A DNA stretch of 63,967 nt, filler included, from a bacterium (lineage in GTDB: Bacteria > JACRDZ01 > JAQUKH01): assembly GCA_028719205.1 (NCBI GenBank). It is 4 parts of 4 records of this genome, joined end to end, with 100 filler letters (N's around TTAATTAATTAA, not from the genome) between each part and the next. Parts side by side here need not be neighbours in the genome. Positions count along the whole stretch, not along the records: positions 53,211 to 63,967 come from JAQUKH010000052.1; 3 more parts are not named here. One strand, given 5' to 3'. Each line of letters starts with the position of its first letter. Position 1 is the stretch's first letter. Made by a program: the position numbers and the translations under genes. The notes beneath the pieces were generated by a model. That model did not search any database. It worked only from the letters and a program-made list of their open reading frames with translations, and was not told the DNA's origin. This document shows positions 56,068 through 63,967 of this stretch, in pieces.

Positions 56068-57390
56068 TTATTTGCGGTTTAATAATTCGCTCTTACATCT
56101 CAAATGTTCCAGTTTTTTACCCTTGACAAATCTAATTAACTGGACCAGCGGTATCTTCGCCGGACAGACATAAGCGCAGGAACCGCATTCTATACAATCC
56201 TCCGGATTGTATTTAAAACCCTCGTTCATCATAAATCTGGCACTGTATAAACCCAGCATATTGGGCATAAGGTGCATAGGGCAAACAGCCACGCAGCGGC
56301 CGCACCGGATGCAGTTCCTTTCTCTCAAGTCCGGCCTTTCATCCAGGGTCATGGCTAAAATACCAGAGGTTCCTTTAATAACCGGAATATCCAAAGAAAA
56401 TTGTGATAATCCCATCATCGGCCCGCCCATTATCACTTTCCATACATCTTTTTTAAAACCGCCGCATTGGTCAATTATGTCTTTAAAACTGGTTCCGATA
56501 CGAACCAATAGATTTCTTTCTGTGGATATACCTGAACCGCATACGGTGATCACCCGTTCCACAAGAGGTTTATTTTCTAAAACCGCGTTCCTTACCGCTA
56601 CAGCGGTACCAACATTATCCACTACCACGCCGACATCCAGAGGAAGTTTACAGCTCGGGACCTCGCGGCTTAAAATAACCTTGATCAATTGTTTCTCCGC
56701 GCCCTGAGGATATTTTGTTTTCAAAACAAAAACCTTATCGCTCCCTTTAACAGCACTTTTTACTTTTTCTATCGCCTTCGGTTTATTATCTTCGATCGCG
56801 ATATATCCGTTTTTCGCGCCGACAGCTTTTTTTATTATTTCCAGGCCTTCTATTATCTCATTGGTCCTTTCTATCATCAGCCGGTTATCACATGTCAAAT
56901 AAGACTCACATTCCGCGCCATTTATTATCACAGTATCAACTTTTGTATTACAAGGCGGGCATAATTTTACATGGGTTGGAAATCCGGCGCCGCCTAACCC
57001 GACAATCCCGGCGTCTTTGATCTTCTGCCTGATCTCCTCGGGAGAAAGTTTATCAAGATCATTTTTTTGTGATGTTACCCATTCGTCAGTACCATCTCCC
57101 TCGATGGTAATACACCATCCGTCACGCAGGATCGGGGATAGACCTTTTTTGATAGATTCGATTTTTCCGGTAATTGAGGAATGGATATTCGCGGAAATAA
57201 AGGCCTTGGCTTCACCTATTTTTTGCCCGGTTTTGACCATATCACCAACGGAAACAACAGGTTCCGCCTGACAGCCTGAGTGCTGCTGTAAAGGGATTAC
57301 AACCTTTTTCGGAAGATCAGCCTTTTCGATCGGCTTATCTTTTGTATTTTTTGATTGAGGCGGGTGTATCCCGCCTGAAAATGTGCGCAT
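56068..57390 (-). CDS. rnfC: Rnf complex subunit C
   Basis: GGIHP, GLGGAGFPT, NGAECE, two CxxCxxCxxxCP. Confidence 0.96.
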   Translation of the reverse strand: MRTFSGGIHPPQSKNTKDKPIEKADLPKKVVIPLQQHSGCQAEPVVSVGDMVKTGQKIGEAKAFISANIHSSITGKIESIKKGLSPILRDGWCITIEGDGTDEWVTSQKNDLDKLSPEEIRQKIKDAGIVGLGGAGFPTHVKLCPPCNTKVDTVIINGAECESYLTCDNRLMIERTNEIIEGLEIIKKAVGAKNGYIAIEDNKPKAIEKVKSAVKGSDKVFVLKTKYPQGAEKQLIKVILSREVPSCKLPLDVGVVVDNVGTAVAVRNAVLENKPLVERVITVCGSGISTERNLLVRIGTSFKDIIDQCGGFKKDVWKVIMGGPMMGLSQFSLDIPVIKGTSGILAMTLDERPDLRERNCIRCGRCVAVCPMHLMPNMLGLYSARFMMNEGFKYNPEDCIECGSCAYVCPAKIPLVQLIRFVKGKKLEHLRCKSELLNRK

Positions 57391-57406
57391 TTTTATCTAA
57401 AAGATA

Positions 57407-57871
57407 TCATAATTTAAAATTTTTTAATACAACTTTTGCCTCATGCATCATTTCTTCCGCTAACTTATCGGGATATCCGCCTGAAAAGATTACTTCTTTT
57501 ATTCCCGCGTTAATTATCATCTTCGCGCATAGCACACACGGCTGGTGCGTGCAATATAATGTTGAACCTTTAATGCTTAAACCGAAAGTCGCCGCCTGAA
57601 TGATCGCGTTTTGTTCTCCGTGCAGGCCGCGGCATATTTCATGGCGCTCGCCTGACGGTACCTTCATTTTTTCCCGAAGGCATCCTACTTCTTCACAATG
57701 TTTCAAACCCGATGCGGCCCCGTTATATCCTGTAACCAAAATCCTTTTATCCTTAACCAGAACCGCGCCTACCTTCCTGCGAAGGCACGTGGACCGCTCC
57801 GAAACAAAATGCGCTATCTTCATAAAATATTCATCCCAGGAAGGGCGAATAGTTTTTTTTATTTTTTTCAT
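57407..57871 (-). CDS. comEB: dCMP deaminase (ComEB-like)
   Basis: [30 protein letters not shown]. Confidence 0.9.
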   Translation of the reverse strand: MKKIKKTIRPSWDEYFMKIAHFVSERSTCLRRKVGAVLVKDKRILVTGYNGAASGLKHCEEVGCLREKMKVPSGERHEICRGLHGEQNAIIQAATFGLSIKGSTLYCTHQPCVLCAKMIINAGIKEVIFSGGYPDKLAEEMMHEAKVVLKNFKL

Positions 57872-59100
57872 TTATATACCGGAAATTTCTTAACTAAATG
57901 TTTAACCTCTGAAGAAACTTTTTTAAGGACACTATCTTTATCGCTTTTCAAAACCTCATTTATAAGAGACGCTATAATTTTCATCTCTTTTTCTTTCATT
58001 CCTCTTGTCGTCACTGCCGGAGTGCCTATACGTATACCGCTTGTAACGAACGGGCTTCTCATATCTCCGGGAATCCTGTTTTTATTCAAAGTTATACCCG
58101 CAAGGTCCAGTTTTTCTTCCGCGTCTTTACCGGTGATCCCGATATTATTAAGGTCAATAAGCATTAAATGGTTATCCGTTCCTCCTGAAACTAAATTAAA
58201 ACCGAAATTTGTCAATTCCGACGCCATTATCTTCGCGTTTTCCACTACCTGTTTTTGATAACTTTTGAAGTTCTTTGCCATTGCCTCTTTAAAACAAACC
58301 GCCTTAGCCGCGATAACATGCATCAGGGGCCCTCCCTGAATACCCGGAAAAACTACTTTATCTACAGCCTCAGAAAATTCTTTACGGCAAAGGATAAATC
58401 CGCCGCGCGGGCCGCGAAGAGTTTTATGCGTTGTCCCCGCTGTCAAATGAACATATGGAACTGAACTTGGATGAACGCCTCCCACGATCAAACCGGCAAT
58501 ATGCGCGATATCGGCAAAAAGATAGGCGCCATAACGATCCGCTATTTCCCTGAATTTTTTAAAATCAATGATCCTTGGATATGCCGAAGCGCCGCATATG
58601 ATCATTTTCGGGCGATGTTTTTTTGCCATAGCCTCGACCTGGTCAAAATCAATAAATCCGGTCTTAATATCAACACCGTACATTACTGATTTATACAGCT
58701 TTCCGGAAAAACTGACTGAACTGCCGTGCGTAAGATGGCCGCCATGCGCCAGGTCCATACCTAAAATAGTATCACCCGGCTTAAGCATTGAAAAATAAAC
58801 CGCCATATTAGCCTGAGAACCTGAATGGGGCTGCACGTTAACATGTTCCGCGCCGAATAATTTTTGAAGCCTGTCCTGAGCTAATTTTTCAGCTACATCC
58901 ACAAATTCACATCCGCCGTAATAACGCCTGCCCGGATACCCCTCCGCGTATTTATTCGTCATAACAGAACATTGCGCTTCCATTACAGCTTTGCTTACAT
59001 AATTTTCAGAAGCAATAAGAATAAGCTTATCCTCTTCTCTTTTTAATTCTGATTTTATCGCGTTATAAATTTCAGGATCGAATTTTTGTAAAAATGACAT
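57868..59100 (-). CDS. glyA: Serine hydroxymethyltransferase
   Basis: [33 protein letters not shown]. Confidence 0.98.
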   Translation of the reverse strand: MSFLQKFDPEIYNAIKSELKREEDKLILIASENYVSKAVMEAQCSVMTNKYAEGYPGRRYYGGCEFVDVAEKLAQDRLQKLFGAEHVNVQPHSGSQANMAVYFSMLKPGDTILGMDLAHGGHLTHGSSVSFSGKLYKSVMYGVDIKTGFIDFDQVEAMAKKHRPKMIICGASAYPRIIDFKKFREIADRYGAYLFADIAHIAGLIVGGVHPSSVPYVHLTAGTTHKTLRGPRGGFILCRKEFSEAVDKVVFPGIQGGPLMHVIAAKAVCFKEAMAKNFKSYQKQVVENAKIMASELTNFGFNLVSGGTDNHLMLIDLNNIGITGKDAEEKLDLAGITLNKNRIPGDMRSPFVTSGIRIGTPAVTTRGMKEKEMKIIASLINEVLKSDKDSVLKKVSSEVKHLVKKFPVYK

Positions 59101-59116
59101 ATTGGCACTCCACTTT

Positions 59117-59560
59117 TTAATTTTTCTTTTCTATTTCTTCTATCTGGGCAACTCTTTTTTCATGCCGTCCGCCGGAAAAAGAAGTTTTTAACCAGACATT
59201 AACAATTTTAAAAGCCTCTTGTTTATCAAGAAACCTTCCTCCTAAACATAAAAAATTAGCGTTATTATGTTCCCTGGAAAGCCTGGCAATTTCTTCATTA
59301 TAACATAAAGCCGCTCTGATTCCATGAACTTTATTCGCTACAATTGACGCGCCTACGCCGGAGCCGCAGATAAATATCCCAAACTGGTTTTCTTTATTCG
59401 CGACTGATTTCGCGGCATTAAAAGTTAAATAAGGATAATCCACTGATTCAGAACTGTTTGTTCCAAAATCGGTGACTTCATACCCTTCGGTTTTTAAAAA
59501 CTTTTTTAATTCCTCTTTTAATTCAAAACCGCCATGGTCCGATCCGATTGCTATACGCAT
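59117..59560 (-). CDS. rpiB: Ribose-5-phosphate isomerase B
   Basis: IGSDHGG, DYP, CGSGVG, HNNAN, GGRH; start corrected to MRIAIG. Confidence 0.95.
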   Translation of the reverse strand: MRIAIGSDHGGFELKEELKKFLKTEGYEVTDFGTNSSESVDYPYLTFNAAKSVANKENQFGIFICGSGVGASIVANKVHGIRAALCYNEEIARLSREHNNANFLCLGGRFLDKQEAFKIVNVWLKTSFSGGRHEKRVAQIEEIEKKN

Positions 59561-60006
59561 AATCGCTCCTTTAGTTTTATAACTGCCTCTTTTATTTCCC
59601 GAAAACAATTTTCATAGGCATCGGCATTCCCCAGGTAAGGATCAGCTACTTCTGGATCTAAAACGTCTTTATTGACAAATTTTTTCAATAAAAATGTTTT
59701 ATTTTTCACCTTAGGAAAAGAACCGGTTATGTAATCAACATGCTTCTGCCCCATCGTAAGAATTAAATCATATTTATCCAGTAATTTTTCAGTTACCGGC
59801 TGGCTTCTGAACCCGGAAGGATCAATCCCTTCCAGGATCAACAACCTTTCGCTGTCAAAAGACATCCTGACATTTTGCCACGCGCTTATTCCGGCTGAAG
59901 CTGATTCCACTCCGGAACAATCTTTTGTATAATGCCCGAAGAGCTTTTCAGCCAAAGGGCTTCTGCAAGTGTTTCCGGTACACACAAATAAAATTTTCAT
60001 AAACAT
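59551..60006 (-). CDS. ywlE: Low-molecular-weight protein-arginine phosphatase
   Basis: CTGNTCRS (Thr variant), DPY; ywlE-rpiB-glyA gene order. Confidence 0.8.
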   Translation of the reverse strand: MFMKILFVCTGNTCRSPLAEKLFGHYTKDCSGVESASAGISAWQNVRMSFDSERLLILEGIDPSGFRSQPVTEKLLDKYDLILTMGQKHVDYITGSFPKVKNKTFLLKKFVNKDVLDPEVADPYLGNADAYENCFREIKEAVIKLKERLCV

Positions 60007-60521
60007 CACTTCTTTGTAATCTGCTGCTGTAACTGTTTATCTTTTTCAACAACTTTCTTACTCATATCTTCAATATATTTTATAAGTAATTTTTTAATTT
60101 TATCATCTTCCAGGGCTAAAATTCTAACAGCTAAAAGCGCCGCGTTAGCCGCCCCGCTTTCGCCTATTCCCATACAGCCCACCGGTACACCGCCCGGCAT
60201 TTGTACGATAGACATTAAGGCGTCCAGCCCTTTAAGAGGAGAACTTGCTAATGGAACACCTATCACCGGTAAAATTGTGGCAGCCGCGGCTACTCCCGGT
60301 AAATGAGCCGAGCCGCCCGCTCCCGCGATTATTATCTTTAATCCTCTTTTATCCAGGGTTCTTGTGTATTCAACAGTTCTATCAAGCGTCCGATGCGCGG
60401 AAGAAACCTTTACTTCATACGAGATCCCGAATTTATCCAAAACATCCATTGCTGATCTCATTACAGGCAGATCTGAATCACTGCCCATTATTATACTCAC
60501 TAAAGGTTTTTCTTTACTCAT
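60006..60521 (-). CDS. purE: N5-CAIR mutase
   Basis: MGSDSD, SAHRT, AHLPG, SIVQMP.GVPV. Confidence 0.97.
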   Translation of the reverse strand: MSKEKPLVSIIMGSDSDLPVMRSAMDVLDKFGISYEVKVSSAHRTLDRTVEYTRTLDKRGLKIIIAGAGGSAHLPGVAAAATILPVIGVPLASSPLKGLDALMSIVQMPGGVPVGCMGIGESGAANAALLAVRILALEDDKIKKLLIKYIEDMSKKVVEKDKQLQQQITKK

Positions 60522-61810
60522 TATGCACCCCTTTCTATCGCTCTTCCCGCAATATCTTTCCTGTAATATATATTTTCATAACTTATTTTTTTAACTGCTT
60601 CGTAAACTTTTTTCTGCGCGTCTTTTAGTGAATCACCCAATGCCGTTACCCCCAATACCCTGCCTCCATTAGTAAAGATCTTATTATCTTTCTTTATCGT
60701 GCCCGCGTGAAAGACATAAGAATCTATCAGGCCTTCAGCCTCATCCAGCCCGGAAATTTCTTTACCTTTTACATAACTGCCCGGATAACCTTTTGACGCG
60801 AGAACCACACAAACCGAAGATTTAGATGCCCATTTTACAGGATTACTTTTCATCCATTCCGATAATTTTTTCTCTTCGACTGCTTCCATTAACTCCACTA
60901 AATCACTTTCCAACCTTGGCAAAATAGCCTGCGTTTCAGGATCGCCAAAACGGCAGTTATATTCCAGAACATAGGGCTCATTATTTTTAATTATAAAACC
61001 AAAATAAATTACACCTCTGAAATCAATGCCTTCTTTTTTTAACCCCCGCAATGTGGGAAATACCACTTTTTTATTAATTTTATCTTCTAATTCTTTATTT
61101 AAAAACGGCACAGGAGAATACGCACCCATCCCGCCGGTATTCGGGCCCTCGTCGTTGTCATAAATTTTTTTATGATCCTGAGCTGAGGACAAAGGTAAAA
61201 TTGTTTCCCCGTCTGTTACCGCGATTATCGACAATTCTTCACCCTCCAGAAATTCCTCAATAACAACCTTTTTCCCGGCATTCCCAAGTGTGTTTTTTTC
61301 CATAAAATCGCTTAAAACACCTCTTGCCTCTTCCTTGCCTTTGCAAATTACTACGCCTTTTCCCGCGGCTAAACCATCCGCCTTGATCACAAGCGGATAT
61401 TTCGCTTTTTCAATAAACTCAGAAGCTTTTGCCGTATCATTAAAAACATTATAATCAGCAGTAGGGATGTTATATTTCTTCATAAAATTTTTGGACCAGA
61501 TCTTACTGCCTTCCAACTGCGCGCCTTTTTTATCAGGCCCGAAAATACGCAATCCTTTGCTCTTAAAAATGTCAACGATCCCCAGGGTTAAAGGCACTTC
61601 CGGCCCGACAACGGTAAAATCAATTTTTTCTTTAACGGCAAAATCCAGAAGGCGGTTTATATCAGCAACTTCGATCGGCACACATTGAGCCAATTTTTCC
61701 ATACCTCCGTTTCCGGGAGCAGCGAAGATCTTTTCGACCTTCGGGCTTTGTTTTATTTTATAAACCAAAGTATGTTCTCTGCCGCCTCCGCCAACAATTA
61801 AAATTCTCAT
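60521..61810 (-). CDS. purD: Phosphoribosylamine-glycine ligase
   Basis: [34 protein letters not shown]. Confidence 0.98.
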   Translation of the reverse strand: MRILIVGGGGREHTLVYKIKQSPKVEKIFAAPGNGGMEKLAQCVPIEVADINRLLDFAVKEKIDFTVVGPEVPLTLGIVDIFKSKGLRIFGPDKKGAQLEGSKIWSKNFMKKYNIPTADYNVFNDTAKASEFIEKAKYPLVIKADGLAAGKGVVICKGKEEARGVLSDFMEKNTLGNAGKKVVIEEFLEGEELSIIAVTDGETILPLSSAQDHKKIYDNDEGPNTGGMGAYSPVPFLNKELEDKINKKVVFPTLRGLKKEGIDFRGVIYFGFIIKNNEPYVLEYNCRFGDPETQAILPRLESDLVELMEAVEEKKLSEWMKSNPVKWASKSSVCVVLASKGYPGSYVKGKEISGLDEAEGLIDSYVFHAGTIKKDNKIFTNGGRVLGVTALGDSLKDAQKKVYEAVKKISYENIYYRKDIAGRAIERGA

Positions 61811-61935
61811 ATTCTGCCAATCTTGTGTTTTGGTTTTAATTTATTTTTATTGAAAAGTATATTCTACCTTATTATTATTTTTTTTCAAGAGTTTTCTGAA
61901 GCTCCTGTGAAATTCGGTAAATAAAATATTTTTTA

Positions 61936-61964
61936 TTGACGAAATGCATAAAACTGTGTATAAT
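61936..61964 (+). promoter_or_regulatory. sigma70-like promoter
   Basis: TTGACG-17bp-TATAAT. Confidence 0.65.
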
Positions 61965-62082
61965 TTTTTGTTAATTTTACCTAAAACAATTGAGTTTTAA
62001 TTTCATATTAGATCTAAGTTTGTTTTTTGAAATTCTTAGATATTAAAATAATTTTTAGACGGAACTTCAAGGGGGATAATTT

Positions 62083-63967
62083 ATGAAAAGAAATCTGGTA
62101 AAAGTTTTTTCATTGTGTTTGTTTCTTTGTTTTAATATTTTTTTGGTTCCCAGGTTAGTACAAGCTTCAGATCCTGCCATACAATGTATAAACCCCGCAT
62201 GCCATAGTACGGTACATGCCCTGTCAGCCGCAAATCACCAGGGGATGATATCTGATCGATATCATAGCGGAGTCGGAGGATGTCCAGGATGCCATTCTAA
62301 TTTACATCCTGTTTCGTATCCAACACCTTCAGCTCTTACAAGTATTTGCAGCTCATGCCATCCGAATAATGGTGTTACTCATCCTGGTTCAGCTACAACA
62401 AATCCTGTTGTACTATGTGGAAATTGTCATTATGCACATAAGGCTACAGATTCAGTTAAAACCCAAATATCACAAGCAATACATGAAAGAATAATAATGG
62501 ATTCAACTTATTTCGGAGTTGGATTTACAGAATGCGCGGGATGCCATAAGCTGCCGCCTGCGGACATATATCCGACACCTTTAGAACTTGCAAATATTTG
62601 TGCCGCATGCCATCCAAATAACGGGATTGCTCCTGTTTCAACAATAATTAATGCCGGACTGCCTAACGGCTGCTACACAAAAATTCAGACAGCAGTAGAT
62701 TTAACAACGCCTGGTAAAACCATAAACGTATTACCCGGCACATATAATGAGAATGTATTAGTTAATAAAACCTTGACTTTAATAGGCGCCGGGTCAGATT
62801 CGGTATTTGTAAAGGCCTTGGATTCCACTGACGACGTGTTTGAGATCGCGGCGGACAGCGTAAATATAAGCGGTTTTAATATAAACGGCTCTACAGGCAC
62901 TAACAAATCCGGTATATACGTTAACGGATACAGCGGAGCAAATAACAGCAATGTGTCCCAGAATAAGATCTCAGGAAATTATTTGGGTATATTCGCTGTA
63001 AACAGCAATAACAGTGTGTTTGATAATAATAACTTATATGACAATTTATGGGGACTTTACGCTAATCCGGTCACTAATAGTAAAATTTCAAATAACATAG
63101 CTGATTCAAACACAAACATCGGAATAAATTTGATAAACGGCAGTGTTAATAATTTATTAAAAGGTAATGCAGTATCAAATAATACAGGTACCGGAATAGT
63201 GTTAAGAATGAATTGCAGTAACAACACGCTTGTTGATAATATTATATTTAATAATGGAACCGGTTTAAACCTTAACATTATGTCATTTGCACCTGATGCC
63301 AATAACGTAATATATCATAACAATTTTATTGGTAATGGGACACCGGTAACAGACAATAATCCGGCAGATAACAAATACTATGACCTGAGCCTTCTTGAAG
63401 GCAACTACTGGTCCAATTATAATGGTGATGATGACGGAAGCGGCACAGGTAAACACGCGATCGCCGGTGATGGTATCGGAGATAGTTTAACTCCTCATCC
63501 CGCGGAATTTTTTGACCTTTACCCTGTCACAGTTCAAAACGGATGGCTTAATATACAGCCAATACTTGATCCGATAGGCAACAAGTCAGTCAACGAAAAT
63601 CAACTGCTGCAATTTACAATAACCGGAAGCGATCCTGATTCAGGTTTATTGACATATTCAGCCGCGGGATTACCGGCAGGGGCGTTATTTGACGGCGCTA
63701 CTTTTACATGGACACCGGATTACAGCCAATCAGGGATATATCCTGTTACATTTACAGTATCGGATGGTTCAAAGTCAACTTCGGAATCGATCACAATAAC
63801 AGTCATAGATGTATCACAACCTGATCTTATAATGACCGCTCTTTCTACGGCTTCAACCAAAGTCGCGCCCGGAAGTACTTTAATAGTTTCAAATACAGCT
63901 AAAAATCAGGGAGTAACAGCATCAGGAGCATTTACAATCGCTTTTCACCTGTCACAAGATACGATTT
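62083..63967 (+). CDS. Secreted hexaheme cytochrome fused to a NosD/pectin-lyase-like beta-helix, Ig-like and CARDB-like domains (3'-partial; absent from ORF track)
   Basis: GGGGG RBS, signal peptide, CINPACH/CPGCH/CSSCH/CGNCH/CAGCH/CAACH; IQTAVD..PGTYNENV; GNYWSNY..DGIGD; IGNKSVNE..LP.GA.F..FTWTP; PDL...NQG. Confidence 0.88.
   Translation, partial: MKRNLVKVFSLCLFLCFNIFLVPRLVQASDPAIQCINPACHSTVHALSAANHQGMISDRYHSGVGGCPGCHSNLHPVSYPTPSALTSICSSCHPNNGVTHPGSATTNPVVLCGNCHYAHKATDSVKTQISQAIHERIIMDSTYFGVGFTECAGCHKLPPADIYPTPLELANICAACHPNNGIAPVSTIINAGLPNGCYTKIQTAVDLTTPGKTINVLPGTYNENVLVNKTLTLIGAGSDSVFVKALDSTDDVFEIAADSVNISGFNINGSTGTNKSGIYVNGYSGANNSNVSQNKISGNYLGIFAVNSNNSVFDNNNLYDNLWGLYANPVTNSKISNNIADSNTNIGINLINGSVNNLLKGNAVSNNTGTGIVLRMNCSNNTLVDNIIFNNGTGLNLNIMSFAPDANNVIYHNNFIGNGTPVTDNNPADNKYYDLSLLEGNYWSNYNGDDDGSGTGKHAIAGDGIGDSLTPHPAEFFDLYPVTVQNGWLNIQPILDPIGNKSVNENQLLQFTITGSDPDSGLLTYSAAGLPAGALFDGATFTWTPDYSQSGIYPVTFTVSDGSKSTSESITITVIDVSQPDLIMTALSTASTKVAPGSTLIVSNTAKNQGVTASGAFTIAFHLSQDTI

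Noticed and set aside
62685-63302. Minus-strand ORFs 62685..62951 and 63057..63302, and the many short antisense ORFs elsewhere
   Set aside because: Shadows of longer, motif-supported genes on the opposite strand.

Overview
This window is four concatenated contigs (1-18482, 18583-35999, 36100-53110, 53211-63967) joined by artificial N/TTAATTAATTAA/N spacers, so adjacency across the gaps is not biological. The source is an AT-rich, probably anaerobic diderm bacterium (PEP-CTERM protein, lipoproteins, Rnf, many multiheme cytochromes); its taxonomy cannot be fixed from this sequence. Contig 1 has housekeeping-type genes (speE-like, rlmN-like, ychF) around an accessory/defence region. That region holds a nucleotidyltransferase plus small ORF, a DUF4258/YgiT pair, a CPBP protease, a complete Pycsar system (PycTM plus uridylate-cyclase-like PycC) with gene-cassette ends, a membrane protein plus poly-proline peptide pair, and a PilZ-TM protein. 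These genes are separated by mosaic modules of 7/8/9-mer tandem repeats, GTAG-REPs and precisely inserted 18-19 nt hairpins. Contig 2 is a 17 kb minus-strand multiheme cytochrome cluster with at least 84 heme motifs. It includes three paralogous OmcE-like cytochromes (two with 14 hemes, one truncated at 10) next to NHL beta-propellers, TPR proteins and a thioredoxin-like protein without CxxC. Contig 3 has a heterodimeric ABC exporter, a c-di-GMP trio, a PEP-CTERM protein, and a minus-strand integron cassette array (rsgA, two HEAT paralogs, higBA and others). One attC is split by an IS1111-type element and an IS1182 abuts another. Contig 4 has purD-purE-ywlE-rpiB-glyA-dCMP deaminase-rnfCDGEAB and a divergent, unannotated hexaheme/beta-helix/Ig/CARDB surface protein. 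All family calls come from motifs read by eye; no searches were run.
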